From positions 1 through 38,957 of the forward strand of contig CAYUPJ010000011.1 of NCBI GenBank assembly GCA_964446635.1: a stretch of DNA of 38,957 bases, written 5' to 3'. The translations under genes and the position numbers were made by a program. Shown here piece by piece: positions 1 to 9,112 of the stretch (position 1 is the stretch's first letter; each line of letters starts with the position of its first letter). The stretch comes from an uncultured Anaerolineae bacterium (GTDB lineage Bacteria; Chloroflexota; Anaerolineae; VGOG01). A model generated the notes under the pieces. That model was given only the letters and a program-made list of their open reading frames with translations, made no database searches and was not told the DNA's origin.

Positions 1-229
1 TTTAATCGGAAGGTGTCCCATGTTCAAATTGCTTATTTTTCGCCAGAGTCCAGTCGAGATTGATCCCCAGGGAGACCGAGAAGCATCCGCCTATCTTGTC
101 CAGCAGTGCCCTGATTAGCTCCATCCTATCCATAGTCCAATTTGAAGTGAAGCTAAACCCCTCCTGGTGTTGAGTTTTGATTACTGTCCTTCAATGCTTA
201 GGGAGTGGCGGTGGGCGTGATGGTCGGGA

Positions 230-1183
230 TTACTGTATAACCTCAGGCGTGGGGGTGACTCCCTCGGCAAACCATTCCATGTCCACCACCTGGCCTCTTT
301 CGCCCAGGAGACCCAGGAGTTCGCCGTTGACGGTGGCTTCCACGCCGCCAGCGTTGCCACAGCGCAGGGCGATGCTCTCTCGCCCCCGCCAGGTTTGCGT
401 TGCGCCTGCTTCCAAGGTGCCCACGAAAGCATCTCCTCCATCCACGATCACTCGCAACCAGGCATACTCGACGATCCTCAGCTCGACCTCGACGCCGGTG
501 GAGGCCCTGGGCGTGGGGGTGTCGGTGGGCGCACTGGTAGGGGCGCTGGTGGGAGTGTTGGGGGGGAGACTGGGGGCGATGGTCTCGGCGATTGTGGCGG
601 TGGGCATGGGCGTAGGCGTAACGGTGGGTGTTGTCGTGGGCATTGCAGTAGGCGTTGCGGAAGGCATCGTAGTGGGCATCTCTGTGGGTGTCGCTGACGG
701 GGTGAGGGGGAGCAGCACGATAGAGCTAGTGGCAGTGGGCGATGGGGTGGCAGTAGCAGGGGCTCGCCATGATAACAACTGGGTCTTCATTATGGGAGGA
801 AGGTAGTGCCAGGCGGCCCAGGCCACAAAGGCTAAGAGGACTACGATAAGGATGGCGCCGATCACCAGGTCGGGCGTCAGCCAGGAGGGCGCGGCCATGG
901 AGAGCTCCATCGGCTGGAAAAAGCCAGGCTGGGGCAGAGCCGCCTTGCCCTCACCTTCTCGTCCTTCGTAAAGGGCCATCACTTCTTCGGGATCAAGCTC
1001 TAGATACGTGGCGTAGGTGCGCAGAAATCCTTTGACGTAAGCCTCGGCGGGCAAAGCCCCAAAATCTCCCTCCTCCAGGGCCTGGAGAAACTTCTGCCGT
1101 ATACGTGTGGCCTCTTCGACTTCCTCAAATGAGACTCCCTTTCGTTGGCGCGCCTCCCGTAGCAATTGGCCAAGATCGCCCAT
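230..1183 (-). CDS. RodZ-like cytoskeleton protein: N-terminal XRE-type HTH, one TM helix, Pro/Thr-rich linker, C-terminal DUF4115-like domain
   Basis: N-terminus LREARQRKGVSFEEVEEATRIRQKFLQALEEGDF...YVKGFLRTYATYL is the typical RodZ HTH. TM segment LVIGAILIVVLLAFVAWAAW, long PT-rich tract, C-terminal VELRIVEYAWLRVIVDGG...ALRCGNAGGV. ATG at 1183 has a GGAGG RBS. Confidence 0.7.
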   Translation of the reverse strand: MGDLGQLLREARQRKGVSFEEVEEATRIRQKFLQALEEGDFGALPAEAYVKGFLRTYATYLELDPEEVMALYEGREGEGKAALPQPGFFQPMELSMAAPSWLTPDLVIGAILIVVLLAFVAWAAWHYLPPIMKTQLLSWRAPATATPSPTATSSIVLLPLTPSATPTEMPTTMPSATPTAMPTTTPTVTPTPMPTATIAETIAPSLPPNTPTSAPTSAPTDTPTPRASTGVEVELRIVEYAWLRVIVDGGDAFVGTLEAGATQTWRGRESIALRCGNAGGVEATVNGELLGLLGERGQVVDMEWFAEGVTPTPEVIQ

Positions 1184-1357
1184 CCCTTTTCCTCCTGCGA
1201 GATTCTAGCGAATCCGAGTTCGCTAGGCGCTATTATACCTTACTTTGCCTTAATAGGCAATAATCGGCTGGGCGAGTGGATAGCCATTGCAGGGCCGATT
1301 TGAGGTTTTCGCCGTTTTGGTGTATCATATAGGCCAACAATAGAAAGTGAGGATGCC

Positions 1358-1813
1358 ATGAAGATACTCTTGACCCAAGATGTGGAGAAGGTAGGCAAAG
1401 CCGGCCAGATCAAAACAGTAGCCGACGGCTACGCGCGCAACTTTTTGATCCCCAGGGGAATGGCCGTGCTGGCCACGGAAGGAACCATCAAACAGGTCCA
1501 ATCGCACAGCAAGGCCGAGGCCAAGCGTCAACGGCAGGTCGAGGAGGATGCTGCGTCCCTGGCTGAGGTGCTGTGGCAAGTGACGCTGACTTTCAAGGCC
1601 AAGGCCGGCGAGAAGGGCAAGCTCTATGGTTCCATCACCAGCAGTGATATCGTGGAGGCCCTTGAGCGCGAGACCGGACGTACCTTCGACAAGCGGAAGG
1701 TGCAACTCGAAGGGGCGGCCATTCGTGAACTAGGCACCCATCGCGTCCCCATTAAGCTGATGACCAACTTAACGCCTGAAATCACAGTAGTCGTTGATCG
1801 GGAGGAAGAATAG
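1358..1813 (+). CDS. rplI: 50S ribosomal protein L9
   Basis: MKILLTQDVEKVGKAGQIKTVADGYARNFLIPRGMA matches the conserved L9 N-terminus. RBS GTGAGGA upstream of ATG 1358. Confidence 0.9.
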   Translation: MKILLTQDVEKVGKAGQIKTVADGYARNFLIPRGMAVLATEGTIKQVQSHSKAEAKRQRQVEEDAASLAEVLWQVTLTFKAKAGEKGKLYGSITSSDIVEALERETGRTFDKRKVQLEGAAIRELGTHRVPIKLMTNLTPEITVVVDREEE

Positions 1814-1815
1814 CG

Positions 1816-2199
1816 ATGGCAACCAGGCCAGACGAAAGCTATGACCAGCGTGAGCTTCTCAAGCACTTGCTGGCTATCATCCCTTGTGCCGTTTGTCAGC
1901 GTCACTACAAATCGAACGATGTCGAGATAGTTGATCATCACGATGAGATTTGGATTGTCGCTGTGAAATGCAGCCACTGTGGCACCATGGGCCTGGTTTT
2001 TGCCCTGATCAAAGAGGAGAAGCCGGAGGTCGTCAGTGATCTTATTCCCCAGGAATGGGCCAAGTTCAAAGAGATGCCCCAAATTGATGCCGACGATCTC
2101 CTCGACGTCCACGAGTTCCTCAGCGGTTTCGACGGCGATTTCGTCGGTCTCTTTGAAGGCGAAGCGATGAGCCTGTCTGTCCGACAGGCAGAGTCGTAG
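1816..2199 (+). CDS. hypothetical Cys-rich (CxxC...CxxC zinc-ribbon-like) protein
   Basis: ATG at 1816 lies 7 nt after a GGAGGAAG RBS and directly follows the rplI stop. Two CxxC pairs (CAVCQ, CSHCG). No recognisable family. Confidence 0.5.
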   Translation: MATRPDESYDQRELLKHLLAIIPCAVCQRHYKSNDVEIVDHHDEIWIVAVKCSHCGTMGLVFALIKEEKPEVVSDLIPQEWAKFKEMPQIDADDLLDVHEFLSGFDGDFVGLFEGEAMSLSVRQAES

Positions 2200-2200
2200 A

Positions 2201-2288
2201 GCGTCAAACGTCAAGCGTCAAGGTAGTTGTTATTCAGTTGATAGCGCGAGCACCTCTCGCCGCCGATTCGCTGATTCGCTCATTCGCT
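2201..2288. repeat. Intergenic short tandem repeats: CGTCAAR x3 (2201-2223) and SATTCGCT x3 (2265-2288)
   Basis: Direct reading: gcgtcaaacgtcaagcgtcaagg and gattcgctgattcgctcattcgct. Confidence 0.8.
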
Positions 2289-2340
2289 TAGCCTCGTCGT
2301 TGGCAATCCAAGGCGAGGTGTTTTTGTCTTGGAGGATCAA

Positions 2341-3954
2341 ATGAAAACGATAAGCCTCAATGGAGAGAGCTTGACCATCGAAGGTGTGGTAGATGTAGCC
2401 AGGAGCTGGGTGGCTCCTGAGGCGATACAGGTCAAGATTGCAGCAGAGGCTCAGGAGAAGATCGAGCGAGCCCGGCGGGCCGTGGAAGAGTTCATAGAGC
2501 GCGGTGAGATCATCTACGGCATCACCACCGGATTTGGTGCTTTCAAAGACAAGATCATCTCGCCAGAGCAGACAGAACAGCTCCAGCGCAACTTGCTTAT
2601 GAGCCACGCCGCAGGGGTGGGCGATCCTCTCGATGAGGCTACCGTGCGGGCCACAATGCTCATCCGAGCCAACACGCTGGCCAAAGGGCACTCAGGTATA
2701 CGCTTGAAGACCCTCGAAGCCTTGCTGGCTCTGATCAACCGAGGGGTGCATCCTGTCGTCCCTGCCAAGGGTTCCCTGGGAGCCAGTGGCGATTTGGCCC
2801 CCTTGGCCCATACGTCTCTGGTCCTCATCGGCGAGGGGGAAGCTGATTATCAAGGGGAGAGGTTACCCGGCGCCGAAGCCTTACGCCGAGCCGGTCTGAC
2901 TCCTGTGGAACTGGGGGCTAAAGAGGGCCTGGCACTGATCAACGGCACGGCAGTGATGGCGGCCATTGGAGCTCTAACCACCTGGCGGGCAGAGCGCCTG
3001 AGTCGCGTGGCCGACATCGCTGGGGCTCTGAGCCTGGAGGCCCTGCACGGCATGCCCCAGGCGTTCGACGAGCGCATCCACGCCGTCCGCCCTCATCGCC
3101 ACCAAATAGATTGTGCCACCCACCTCCGCTGCCTCATCGAAGGCAGCGAATTCCTTCGCTTCCACGATTCCCACCATGTCCAGGATGCTTATACCCTGCG
3201 TTGCATCCCTCAGGTCCACGGCGCTGTACGCGCTGCCATCTCCCACGCCCGTCAGGTGGTGGAGACGGAGCTGAATTCTGCTACCGACAACCCCCTCATT
3301 TTCTTCGAGGACGATGGCAGAGCCACTTGTGTCTCCGTTTGCCTATCAGGGGGCAATTTCCACGGCGAGCCGGTGGCACTGGTCATGGACTACCTGGCTA
3401 TCGCCTTGGTCGCATTGGGTACCATCTCCGAGCGGCGATTGGCCCGCCTTCTCGACGCGACCAGTAACCAGGGCACACTGCCGGCCTTCCTCATCAAGCG
3501 GGGTGGCTTGAATTCAGGGTTCATGATGACCCAGTACACAGCGGCGGCCCTGGCTTCGGAGAACAAGGTCTTGGCCCATCCGGCCAGTGTGGATACTATC
3601 CCCAGCTCGGCCAACGTCGAGGATCACGTCAGCATGGGGTGTACCGCTGCCCGCAAGGCGCGGGAGGTGTTGGAAAACACGGAGAGCATACTGGCCATGG
3701 AGCTTCTGGCCGCTGCTCAAGGCATAGATTTCCGGCGGGAGATGCTGGGCGGAAATCCTCGGCTTGGAAGGGGAAGTACCGTCGCCTACGAGCTGATCCG
3801 ACAACGGGTGCCCTTCTTAGAGCACGACGCCATCATGTATCCCTACATTGAGGCAGTGCGTGAACTGGTTAGCAGTGGGGAATTGGTGCAGGCGGTGGAG
3901 GGGGCGATAGGGAGCAGAGGAGCAAGGGAGCAGGGGAGCAGGGGAGAAGCCTAA
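2341..3954 (+). CDS. hutH: histidine ammonia-lyase (MIO-dependent aromatic amino acid ammonia-lyase family)
   Basis: Ala-Ser-Gly MIO motif in GSLGASGDLAPLAH. N-terminus fits HAL. ATG 2341 has GGAGG 5 nt upstream; the track start at 2329 is an upstream TTG. The C-terminal 17 aa are encoded by a GC-rich tandem repeat (3901-3954). Confidence 0.88.
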   Translation: MKTISLNGESLTIEGVVDVARSWVAPEAIQVKIAAEAQEKIERARRAVEEFIERGEIIYGITTGFGAFKDKIISPEQTEQLQRNLLMSHAAGVGDPLDEATVRATMLIRANTLAKGHSGIRLKTLEALLALINRGVHPVVPAKGSLGASGDLAPLAHTSLVLIGEGEADYQGERLPGAEALRRAGLTPVELGAKEGLALINGTAVMAAIGALTTWRAERLSRVADIAGALSLEALHGMPQAFDERIHAVRPHRHQIDCATHLRCLIEGSEFLRFHDSHHVQDAYTLRCIPQVHGAVRAAISHARQVVETELNSATDNPLIFFEDDGRATCVSVCLSGGNFHGEPVALVMDYLAIALVALGTISERRLARLLDATSNQGTLPAFLIKRGGLNSGFMMTQYTAAALASENKVLAHPASVDTIPSSANVEDHVSMGCTAARKAREVLENTESILAMELLAAAQGIDFRREMLGGNPRLGRGSTVAYELIRQRVPFLEHDAIMYPYIEAVRELVSSGELVQAVEGAIGSRGAREQGSRGEA

Positions 3955-3977
3955 CCAAGTTGGGCGTTAACGGGGAC

Positions 3978-4985
3978 TCAGCTTATCACAAAGGTGCCGC
4001 ACCCGAAGTGGGTCTGTTTTCCGATGTGAAGGACGGATGCCAGCTCAAGATAAGGGATGAGGGGATGCGGGATAGATGGAAAGGTCTGTGTTCCTATCCA
4101 GCGCCCTGGCCCACGCTTGGGGGCCGGTTTCAGACTTTGGCGACCAATAGGGATAAGAGAGGCCTGCTCCATAACGGCCTGGAAAGAGGTTTGTTCTTCC
4201 TCGCTCAAAACACTCCACACGTCTTCGGGGGTATGGTGTTTGCCCGGCAATAATTGGCTCATGCGGGCTATCAAGGATTGTAGGATACATTGTAAGGTGG
4301 GCGCTTGATCAGGAGGTATCCTCTTTCGACCGCGTCGTCGGTCAGTACGGTCTTCGGCACCGACCAAATCAAAAGGTGTGAGCCAGGTCAGGCGGTCGAA
4401 CACACGCCCTGACCGCTGGTCAAAAGGCAATCCTTCAGCCCACTGAACGGGGGTCGCCCGATAGTTCAGGTCCAGCCGCCCATCCCTCACGATCGGCTCC
4501 CACTGGGGGCCCCGCGCCACGTAAACCGCGTGGATGTCGAATCGCCCCCAGAGGACATTCTGGCGCTGCCACTGGGGCTCAGAAACGCTCCCCGCTTCCT
4601 CCATGGCCGGCAGGAGCGCTTCCAGAAAAAGTCCGTGGTCTGCGCTCTCCCCCAAAAGCTTGAGCTCCCACAGGATCAACTCCCCCTGTCCATAGGTCCG
4701 TTTGCCCGGATAGGCAAACAATACCGCCTCCATCGGCCACGATGCCTCTGGCAATCTCGTCGGCTTTTTCTCCCCTACCAGGGAGAGGCCACCAACCTCA
4801 TCCCACGGAGTCAGGGCCTTGCGCCAGGAACGGGCCTCGCGGGTTGGCAGGCGATTGGCAATCATGGTGCCCAGGACCAGCGATAGCTCTGCCGATAGAC
4901 ACCTCGGTACTCGGACCAACGAACTATTGACCCGCCACACCAACAGGTAACGGATAAGTTTAATCGGTTTGATAAAAGGCCACAT
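3978..4985 (-). CDS. hypothetical protein with C-terminal RAMP-type glycine-rich loop (Cas6-like or Cas5-like)
   Basis: C-terminus HIGKQTHFGCGTFVIS resembles the Cas6/RAMP G-rich loop (GhGxxxxxGhG) placed at the extreme C-terminus. It overlaps the upstream gene by about 26 nt (ATG 4985; the track TTG is at 4991). No further family assignment is possible by eye. Confidence 0.4.
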   Translation of the reverse strand: MWPFIKPIKLIRYLLVWRVNSSLVRVPRCLSAELSLVLGTMIANRLPTREARSWRKALTPWDEVGGLSLVGEKKPTRLPEASWPMEAVLFAYPGKRTYGQGELILWELKLLGESADHGLFLEALLPAMEEAGSVSEPQWQRQNVLWGRFDIHAVYVARGPQWEPIVRDGRLDLNYRATPVQWAEGLPFDQRSGRVFDRLTWLTPFDLVGAEDRTDRRRGRKRIPPDQAPTLQCILQSLIARMSQLLPGKHHTPEDVWSVLSEEEQTSFQAVMEQASLIPIGRQSLKPAPKRGPGRWIGTQTFPSIPHPLIPYLELASVLHIGKQTHFGCGTFVIS

Positions 4986-5844
4986 AATCAACGAGTTCGT
5001 ATAACAACCTGATTCGATTCTTGGACCACTGTCGAATTCTCCAGGCGTTCAGCATGTCCTTGGCTTCCTGATTCAAGAACCCCAAGAATCTTCCCCAGTA
5101 GAATTGTTCCTCGCTGGTATCCTCCAAATTCACCAACTCGTAGAGCAACTCCTGTTCTTTGGGGCGCAATATCGTCCGAAAGACCGCTGCCATTTCCAGC
5201 AGGCTCAAGAATTCAGACACTTCAAAGGTGAGCAAGCCCTGTTGCTCGCGGGTATAGGGCTTGAGGATCTGATGGGGGGCGGAGTAGAACCGCACACGTA
5301 ATTGATCCATAGGAAACCGCGTCTCATGGTGAATGGCTCTGCAAAGTGCGTCGGCCATGTCTACTCCTTTTCCCGCTCCCGTGGTGGGAAAGATTTGGAG
5401 CAGCCCCTTGAGATCAAGGCCATGGTAGATGGTGAGTTCCCGTAGCCAGGGTTTTAACTCCCGCCTGGGCATCATCAGCAGAAAATGATTCTCGTCGTGG
5501 ACATAAGCGCCCAGGATGTGGTGATCGCTGAATCCTTCACCCATGCGAAGCAGCTTCGACAAGCGGCTGACGAAACCCCAGACGACGATGGATTGACGGG
5601 AGATGTAGCCCAACTTGCTGGCCCTGTACAGAATAGCCTGGCATGCCTGGCAGTGATGCTGCTGGGAGGAAGGTAAACGAGGATAGACCCAGCATCGTTG
5701 GCACGGGCCGTCGAGAGCAGAAAAAGGTGGCCCGATCTCTTCTCCAGGGGGGAAGAGATCGGGCTTGATGGTGAGACATTCCAAAGTGGCTAACAACTCG
5801 GCGCCGGTTCGACTACGGCGCAGCCAATCAAAGCTGCTTAACAT
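4960..5844 (-). CDS. hypothetical Zn-finger protein (CxxC-x16-CxxC), co-operonic with the multi-RAMP gene
   Basis: ATG 5844 overlaps the stop of the upstream RAMP gene by 17 nt. Motif CQRCWVYPRLPSSQQHHCQACQ. Confidence 0.5.
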   Translation of the reverse strand: MLSSFDWLRRSRTGAELLATLECLTIKPDLFPPGEEIGPPFSALDGPCQRCWVYPRLPSSQQHHCQACQAILYRASKLGYISRQSIVVWGFVSRLSKLLRMGEGFSDHHILGAYVHDENHFLLMMPRRELKPWLRELTIYHGLDLKGLLQIFPTTGAGKGVDMADALCRAIHHETRFPMDQLRVRFYSAPHQILKPYTREQQGLLTFEVSEFLSLLEMAAVFRTILRPKEQELLYELVNLEDTSEEQFYWGRFLGFLNQEAKDMLNAWRIRQWSKNRIRLLYELVDYVAFYQTD

Positions 5845-8800
5845 TCAGTGCCCTTCGCAGTGCCGTGTGATGATAGACTACACTGGGTTGGATCCATTGG
5901 TCAACCTGGATGGGCACACGCCAACTCTCTTCGGGCTCGCCAGCATACCGCCTGGCCCAGTCAATCAAGAAGCTATCATCTGGGAAACTGAGAATCTGCA
6001 GGCGCAGGCTGCCAAAACCGAGATAGCGGTTGTTGCCCATCTTGTGAGCCAGGCCTGGCTCCAGTGCCACACACCAGATCAGCCGTTGCAATTCCTCTTC
6101 CTCGAGGTTCCAGAAGCGAATCGTGAAACGAGCGCGGGCGCCGGGCAGTATGGCCTTGAAATAGCGAGCCTGGAACGTGTCGGGTTGGAAATCATCTAAT
6201 CGTTGGACGATGGGGGCCAGCGGGGCATGGGGGAAGAGACGCCAGGTCTTGCCGATGAGCAGCATGGTCGCAGAACTACCCGGCACACTTTGCCATTGAT
6301 CCCCGCCGTACTGCCACTCGCCATAGGGATACGGTGCTTTGAACCAGGCCAGCTCAGGTTCCTCGAATAGGCCAAAGCTGAAAGACAAGCGCCCCATGAT
6401 GGCCTGGTTCGGCCCCGTGCCCACCCAGCCGAACAGACCATCGGCCGAGTTTAAGCGGCTGATATCGGGGCTTGGCTCGCTGGAATCGCTGGCAATAGAG
6501 TAGATGTGGCGTAACATCCCCTTGATGCTCCGGCTGGGGAGGGCGTAGACCTTGTTGGGGCCTCGCTGGGCGGCCTCAGGAGGCGCCATAGCGAAGAAGT
6601 CCCACCCATTTACAGGGCCCTCGTCCAGGGTGGTCCTGAAGGATGGTTCGCCACTCTCTTGGATGTTTAGAGGCGTCAGGACCTCGGCTTCCACGGCCAG
6701 CTTGCCACAGTAGCCGCCGAAAGCCCGGTGCGAGATAAAGCCGTCCCTGGCCCTGGGTGGGGTTGGGGAGACCTTTTGCTCAGGAACAAGAGGATAGAGG
6801 GACTGCAAGGCGTTGGTGGCTGCCTCGCCCTCCAGGTCGAGCCTGTGCCATAAGCCATCCTGTGTCAGCGTCTGCTTCCCGAACAACTTCTCTCCCACAC
6901 CGTCCGGGTCCGCCGTCAGCCACGTGAGCCCCGACACGTTCCCCTTGACCCAACCGAAACCGCTGGTCTTCTCGCCACCCAATGGGATGTCACCCCTTTG
7001 GAAATCCTGGAGCATAAGGGCCAGCACGGAAATCGCTTCCAGGTGTTGCTCTTCCATGTCCTGAACATCCACCTGGAGTTGGAATGTGAGTTGATCTCCG
7101 TAGGCAAAGAGATAGTCGCGCTTAGCGGCCTCTATCGGTTGGCCTGTTCTGGGATCCATCTTGACCCCATCCATAGAGCACCAGGCCCGTTCCGGATGCA
7201 GCGGGTCTGTGAGATAGGCATCGGAGAAAAAGACCAGCCCCCGTTGCCCTTCAGCGCCGAAGAGGCGGTCTAGCACCTTGTCGGTCTTGGCCGATTCACC
7301 CCACAGCGTTTTCAGCACCTGCGAGGCCCGTTTTCTAAAAGCCCCCTTGATGGTGCTGCCGGGAACGTAAATCTCCCAGGCTCCTTCCTCTTGGGAAGAC
7401 GGTGCCCAGGACAGCATGCGCATGAACATGGTATCGTAGGGTTTGCCGTATTTGCGGGAGATCTCTCGATTGGACGGGCCACCGGCCCGGAAATCAATGT
7501 AGTGCGGCTGGCCCAGTTCCTGGCGAGCGCGATCCCGATGGGCCTCGAGAAAGGCGATGAAGTTCTCGTCGTTGGTGATGCTTTTCCTCAAATTCCTGGG
7601 GTGTAACATGTGGCGGAATTGCACCCGACGGTGGTCGTCAACGAACTCTCTCCACGTGGCAGGGCGGATACCTTGTGGAACTAAGTCCGGGTTGCCCCAC
7701 TGGTACTCGTCAATCTTGCCCAGAAGCAACATGTTCTTGATCTGGATGTGTTCTTCACGGGTGGCAATCTCCGCGTCCACCCAGGCGTCGCTCTGCAGCA
7801 ACCGGACTTGTTGATCCACCTGTTGGTAGAGCCGGGGGAGGACCATTCGACACGCGGGAGCCAGAATCTCGATCAGGGCTACCTCGCTTTGAATCTGTTC
7901 GGCCAGGTGGTCGCCCAGGTTGACATCTAGCCCCAGACCATCGGCCACTTCCTGCCAGGCCTGGCGGTCGAGCTCCTGGCTGGTCTGGCGTTGGCGCTCC
8001 ATGACCTTGACCATGCGGCCAGCCATGTTGGCCTTGTCCTCCAGCGCTTCCGCAAAGGCAGCTTCGGCTGCCTCTTGGCTGGGGAAAGGCTGATCCACCA
8101 GGTGTTCCACTCGTTGGCGTACTTTTTCAGAGAGTGGATACTTTCCCTTACCCAGCTTGGCCAGGGCTTCGGCTGAGATGGTCCAGACCTCAACTTCTCC
8201 GATGGAACGCTCCCTTAACCAAATGGCGGTGATTCTCGGCAGGTACTCGGCGAACTTCCGCTTCCAGTCTTCCGGGCTGAGGATCGGTCCGGCCAGCCCC
8301 ATCTCCAGTCGCTCACGGATGGGATCGGGCAGGTCACGCATCGCTCCTACCAACAAGCGGCCTTCGATAGCAGCGAAGTAAGGCACTTCAGGGTCTACCT
8401 TGCCCCAGTTCCAGCCGACCAAAACAGGGTTCGTGGCATTAAAGGCCAAGGACATCCTTAAGTGATTCGCTGTCGGACTCAGACGGGGCAGGGTTTCAGT
8501 TGCTGCAAATGGAAGGTCCATTTCAAGGCGAACCCGCCCTAGCCCCTTGCTCTTGCCGGCCCCGAACCAAAATCGTCCTTCCTGCAGTTCCCGTAGGGCA
8601 TAGTACAGCCGGGCTGCATTTTCCCCTTGTTGCAGGACGGAATCATCTACAGACAGGGCGAAGTCGAAAACGGAGTTGCGGAACAATGTCTCCATTTTGT
8701 AGTTGGCGTTCGCTATAGCAGCCCAGCGGTCCTCGTCCAGCTTGAGACCCATGCGCAAGTCAAAGAAGCGATCGCGGGGATAGCTCTCTTCTTGCAACTT

Positions 8801-9058
8801 GCACTCCACTCTGGTGATAAGCCCTTTCGGCATGGGCGAGTCATACAATCGCAGCCACATTCGATGGAGCAGGCCGATGTTCTCGCCACGGCGCGATTGG
8901 CCGATGAAGGCATCCATCAAGGACTCCGCCGTGCCCGCGATCTCCCCTGCCAGGGAGACCAGGCGATGGGTCCCGTCTCCGTCCCTCGTGAACAGGGTCT
9001 TGCGTGCATTGCCCCTGTAAATCGGGGACACCGCGTAAAGCTTACCTTTCAGAATCAT
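5828..9058 (-). CDS. multi-RAMP fusion protein: three Cas7/Cas5-like RAMP domains and a long helical insert; gRAMP-like, with no Cas10 and no CRISPR array nearby
   Basis: RAMP2 has YVPGSTIKGAFRKRA...LFGAEGQRGLVFFSDAYL...MDPRTGQPIEAAKRDYLFAYGDQLTFQLQV...GGEKTSGFGWVKG, the Cas7 (Csm3/Cmr4) signature with a G-rich loop. RAMP3 has ALPSRSIKGMLRHI...ADGLFGWVGTG...RLSFSFGLFEE...MGNNRYLGFGSLRLQI. The N-terminal domain has GKLYAVSPIYRG...FGAGKSKGLGRVRLE (G-rich loop). Residues about 200-560 are a helical, acidic linker. ATG 9058 is preceded by AGGAGGA. Confidence 0.7.
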   Translation of the reverse strand: MILKGKLYAVSPIYRGNARKTLFTRDGDGTHRLVSLAGEIAGTAESLMDAFIGQSRRGENIGLLHRMWLRLYDSPMPKGLITRVECKLQEESYPRDRFFDLRMGLKLDEDRWAAIANANYKMETLFRNSVFDFALSVDDSVLQQGENAARLYYALRELQEGRFWFGAGKSKGLGRVRLEMDLPFAATETLPRLSPTANHLRMSLAFNATNPVLVGWNWGKVDPEVPYFAAIEGRLLVGAMRDLPDPIRERLEMGLAGPILSPEDWKRKFAEYLPRITAIWLRERSIGEVEVWTISAEALAKLGKGKYPLSEKVRQRVEHLVDQPFPSQEAAEAAFAEALEDKANMAGRMVKVMERQRQTSQELDRQAWQEVADGLGLDVNLGDHLAEQIQSEVALIEILAPACRMVLPRLYQQVDQQVRLLQSDAWVDAEIATREEHIQIKNMLLLGKIDEYQWGNPDLVPQGIRPATWREFVDDHRRVQFRHMLHPRNLRKSITNDENFIAFLEAHRDRARQELGQPHYIDFRAGGPSNREISRKYGKPYDTMFMRMLSWAPSSQEEGAWEIYVPGSTIKGAFRKRASQVLKTLWGESAKTDKVLDRLFGAEGQRGLVFFSDAYLTDPLHPERAWCSMDGVKMDPRTGQPIEAAKRDYLFAYGDQLTFQLQVDVQDMEEQHLEAISVLALMLQDFQRGDIPLGGEKTSGFGWVKGNVSGLTWLTADPDGVGEKLFGKQTLTQDGLWHRLDLEGEAATNALQSLYPLVPEQKVSPTPPRARDGFISHRAFGGYCGKLAVEAEVLTPLNIQESGEPSFRTTLDEGPVNGWDFFAMAPPEAAQRGPNKVYALPSRSIKGMLRHIYSIASDSSEPSPDISRLNSADGLFGWVGTGPNQAIMGRLSFSFGLFEEPELAWFKAPYPYGEWQYGGDQWQSVPGSSATMLLIGKTWRLFPHAPLAPIVQRLDDFQPDTFQARYFKAILPGARARFTIRFWNLEEEELQRLIWCVALEPGLAHKMGNNRYLGFGSLRLQILSFPDDSFLIDWARRYAGEPEESWRVPIQVDQWIQPSVVYHHTALRRALNVKQL

Positions 9059-9112
9059 GATGTCCTCCTTTCCTAACCTTGATCCGGATACTACCCCAAT
9101 TTTACACCAAAG

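Noticed and set aside
177-806. 209-aa plus-strand ORF with a low-complexity GVGV/VGV-rich translation, and nested ORFs 181-441 and 395-697
   Set aside because: It lies antisense to the well-supported RodZ-like gene (230-1183) and is translated from the Pro/Thr-rich linker, which naturally gives Gly/Val-rich antisense frames. No RBS is present.
1624-2214. 196-aa minus-strand ORF spanning the rplI 3' end and the whole 1816-2199 gene
   Set aside because: It is antisense to rplI, which is confidently called. The plus-strand 127-aa gene has a strong RBS and the minus-strand ORF has none.
3955-4308. ORFs 3960-4253, 4045-4290 and 4057-4308 downstream of hutH
   Set aside because: They lie inside or antisense to the 3' part of the 3978-4985 minus-strand gene, which is translationally coupled to the RAMP operon. 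They have no RBS.
5765-9076. Several 60-150 aa plus-strand ORFs inside the 5828-9058 region (5765-6199, 6813-7064, 8627-9076 and others)
   Set aside because: All are embedded antisense in the 1076-aa multi-RAMP gene, whose long frame and domain motifs make it the real gene. High GC inflates ORF length on the opposite strand.
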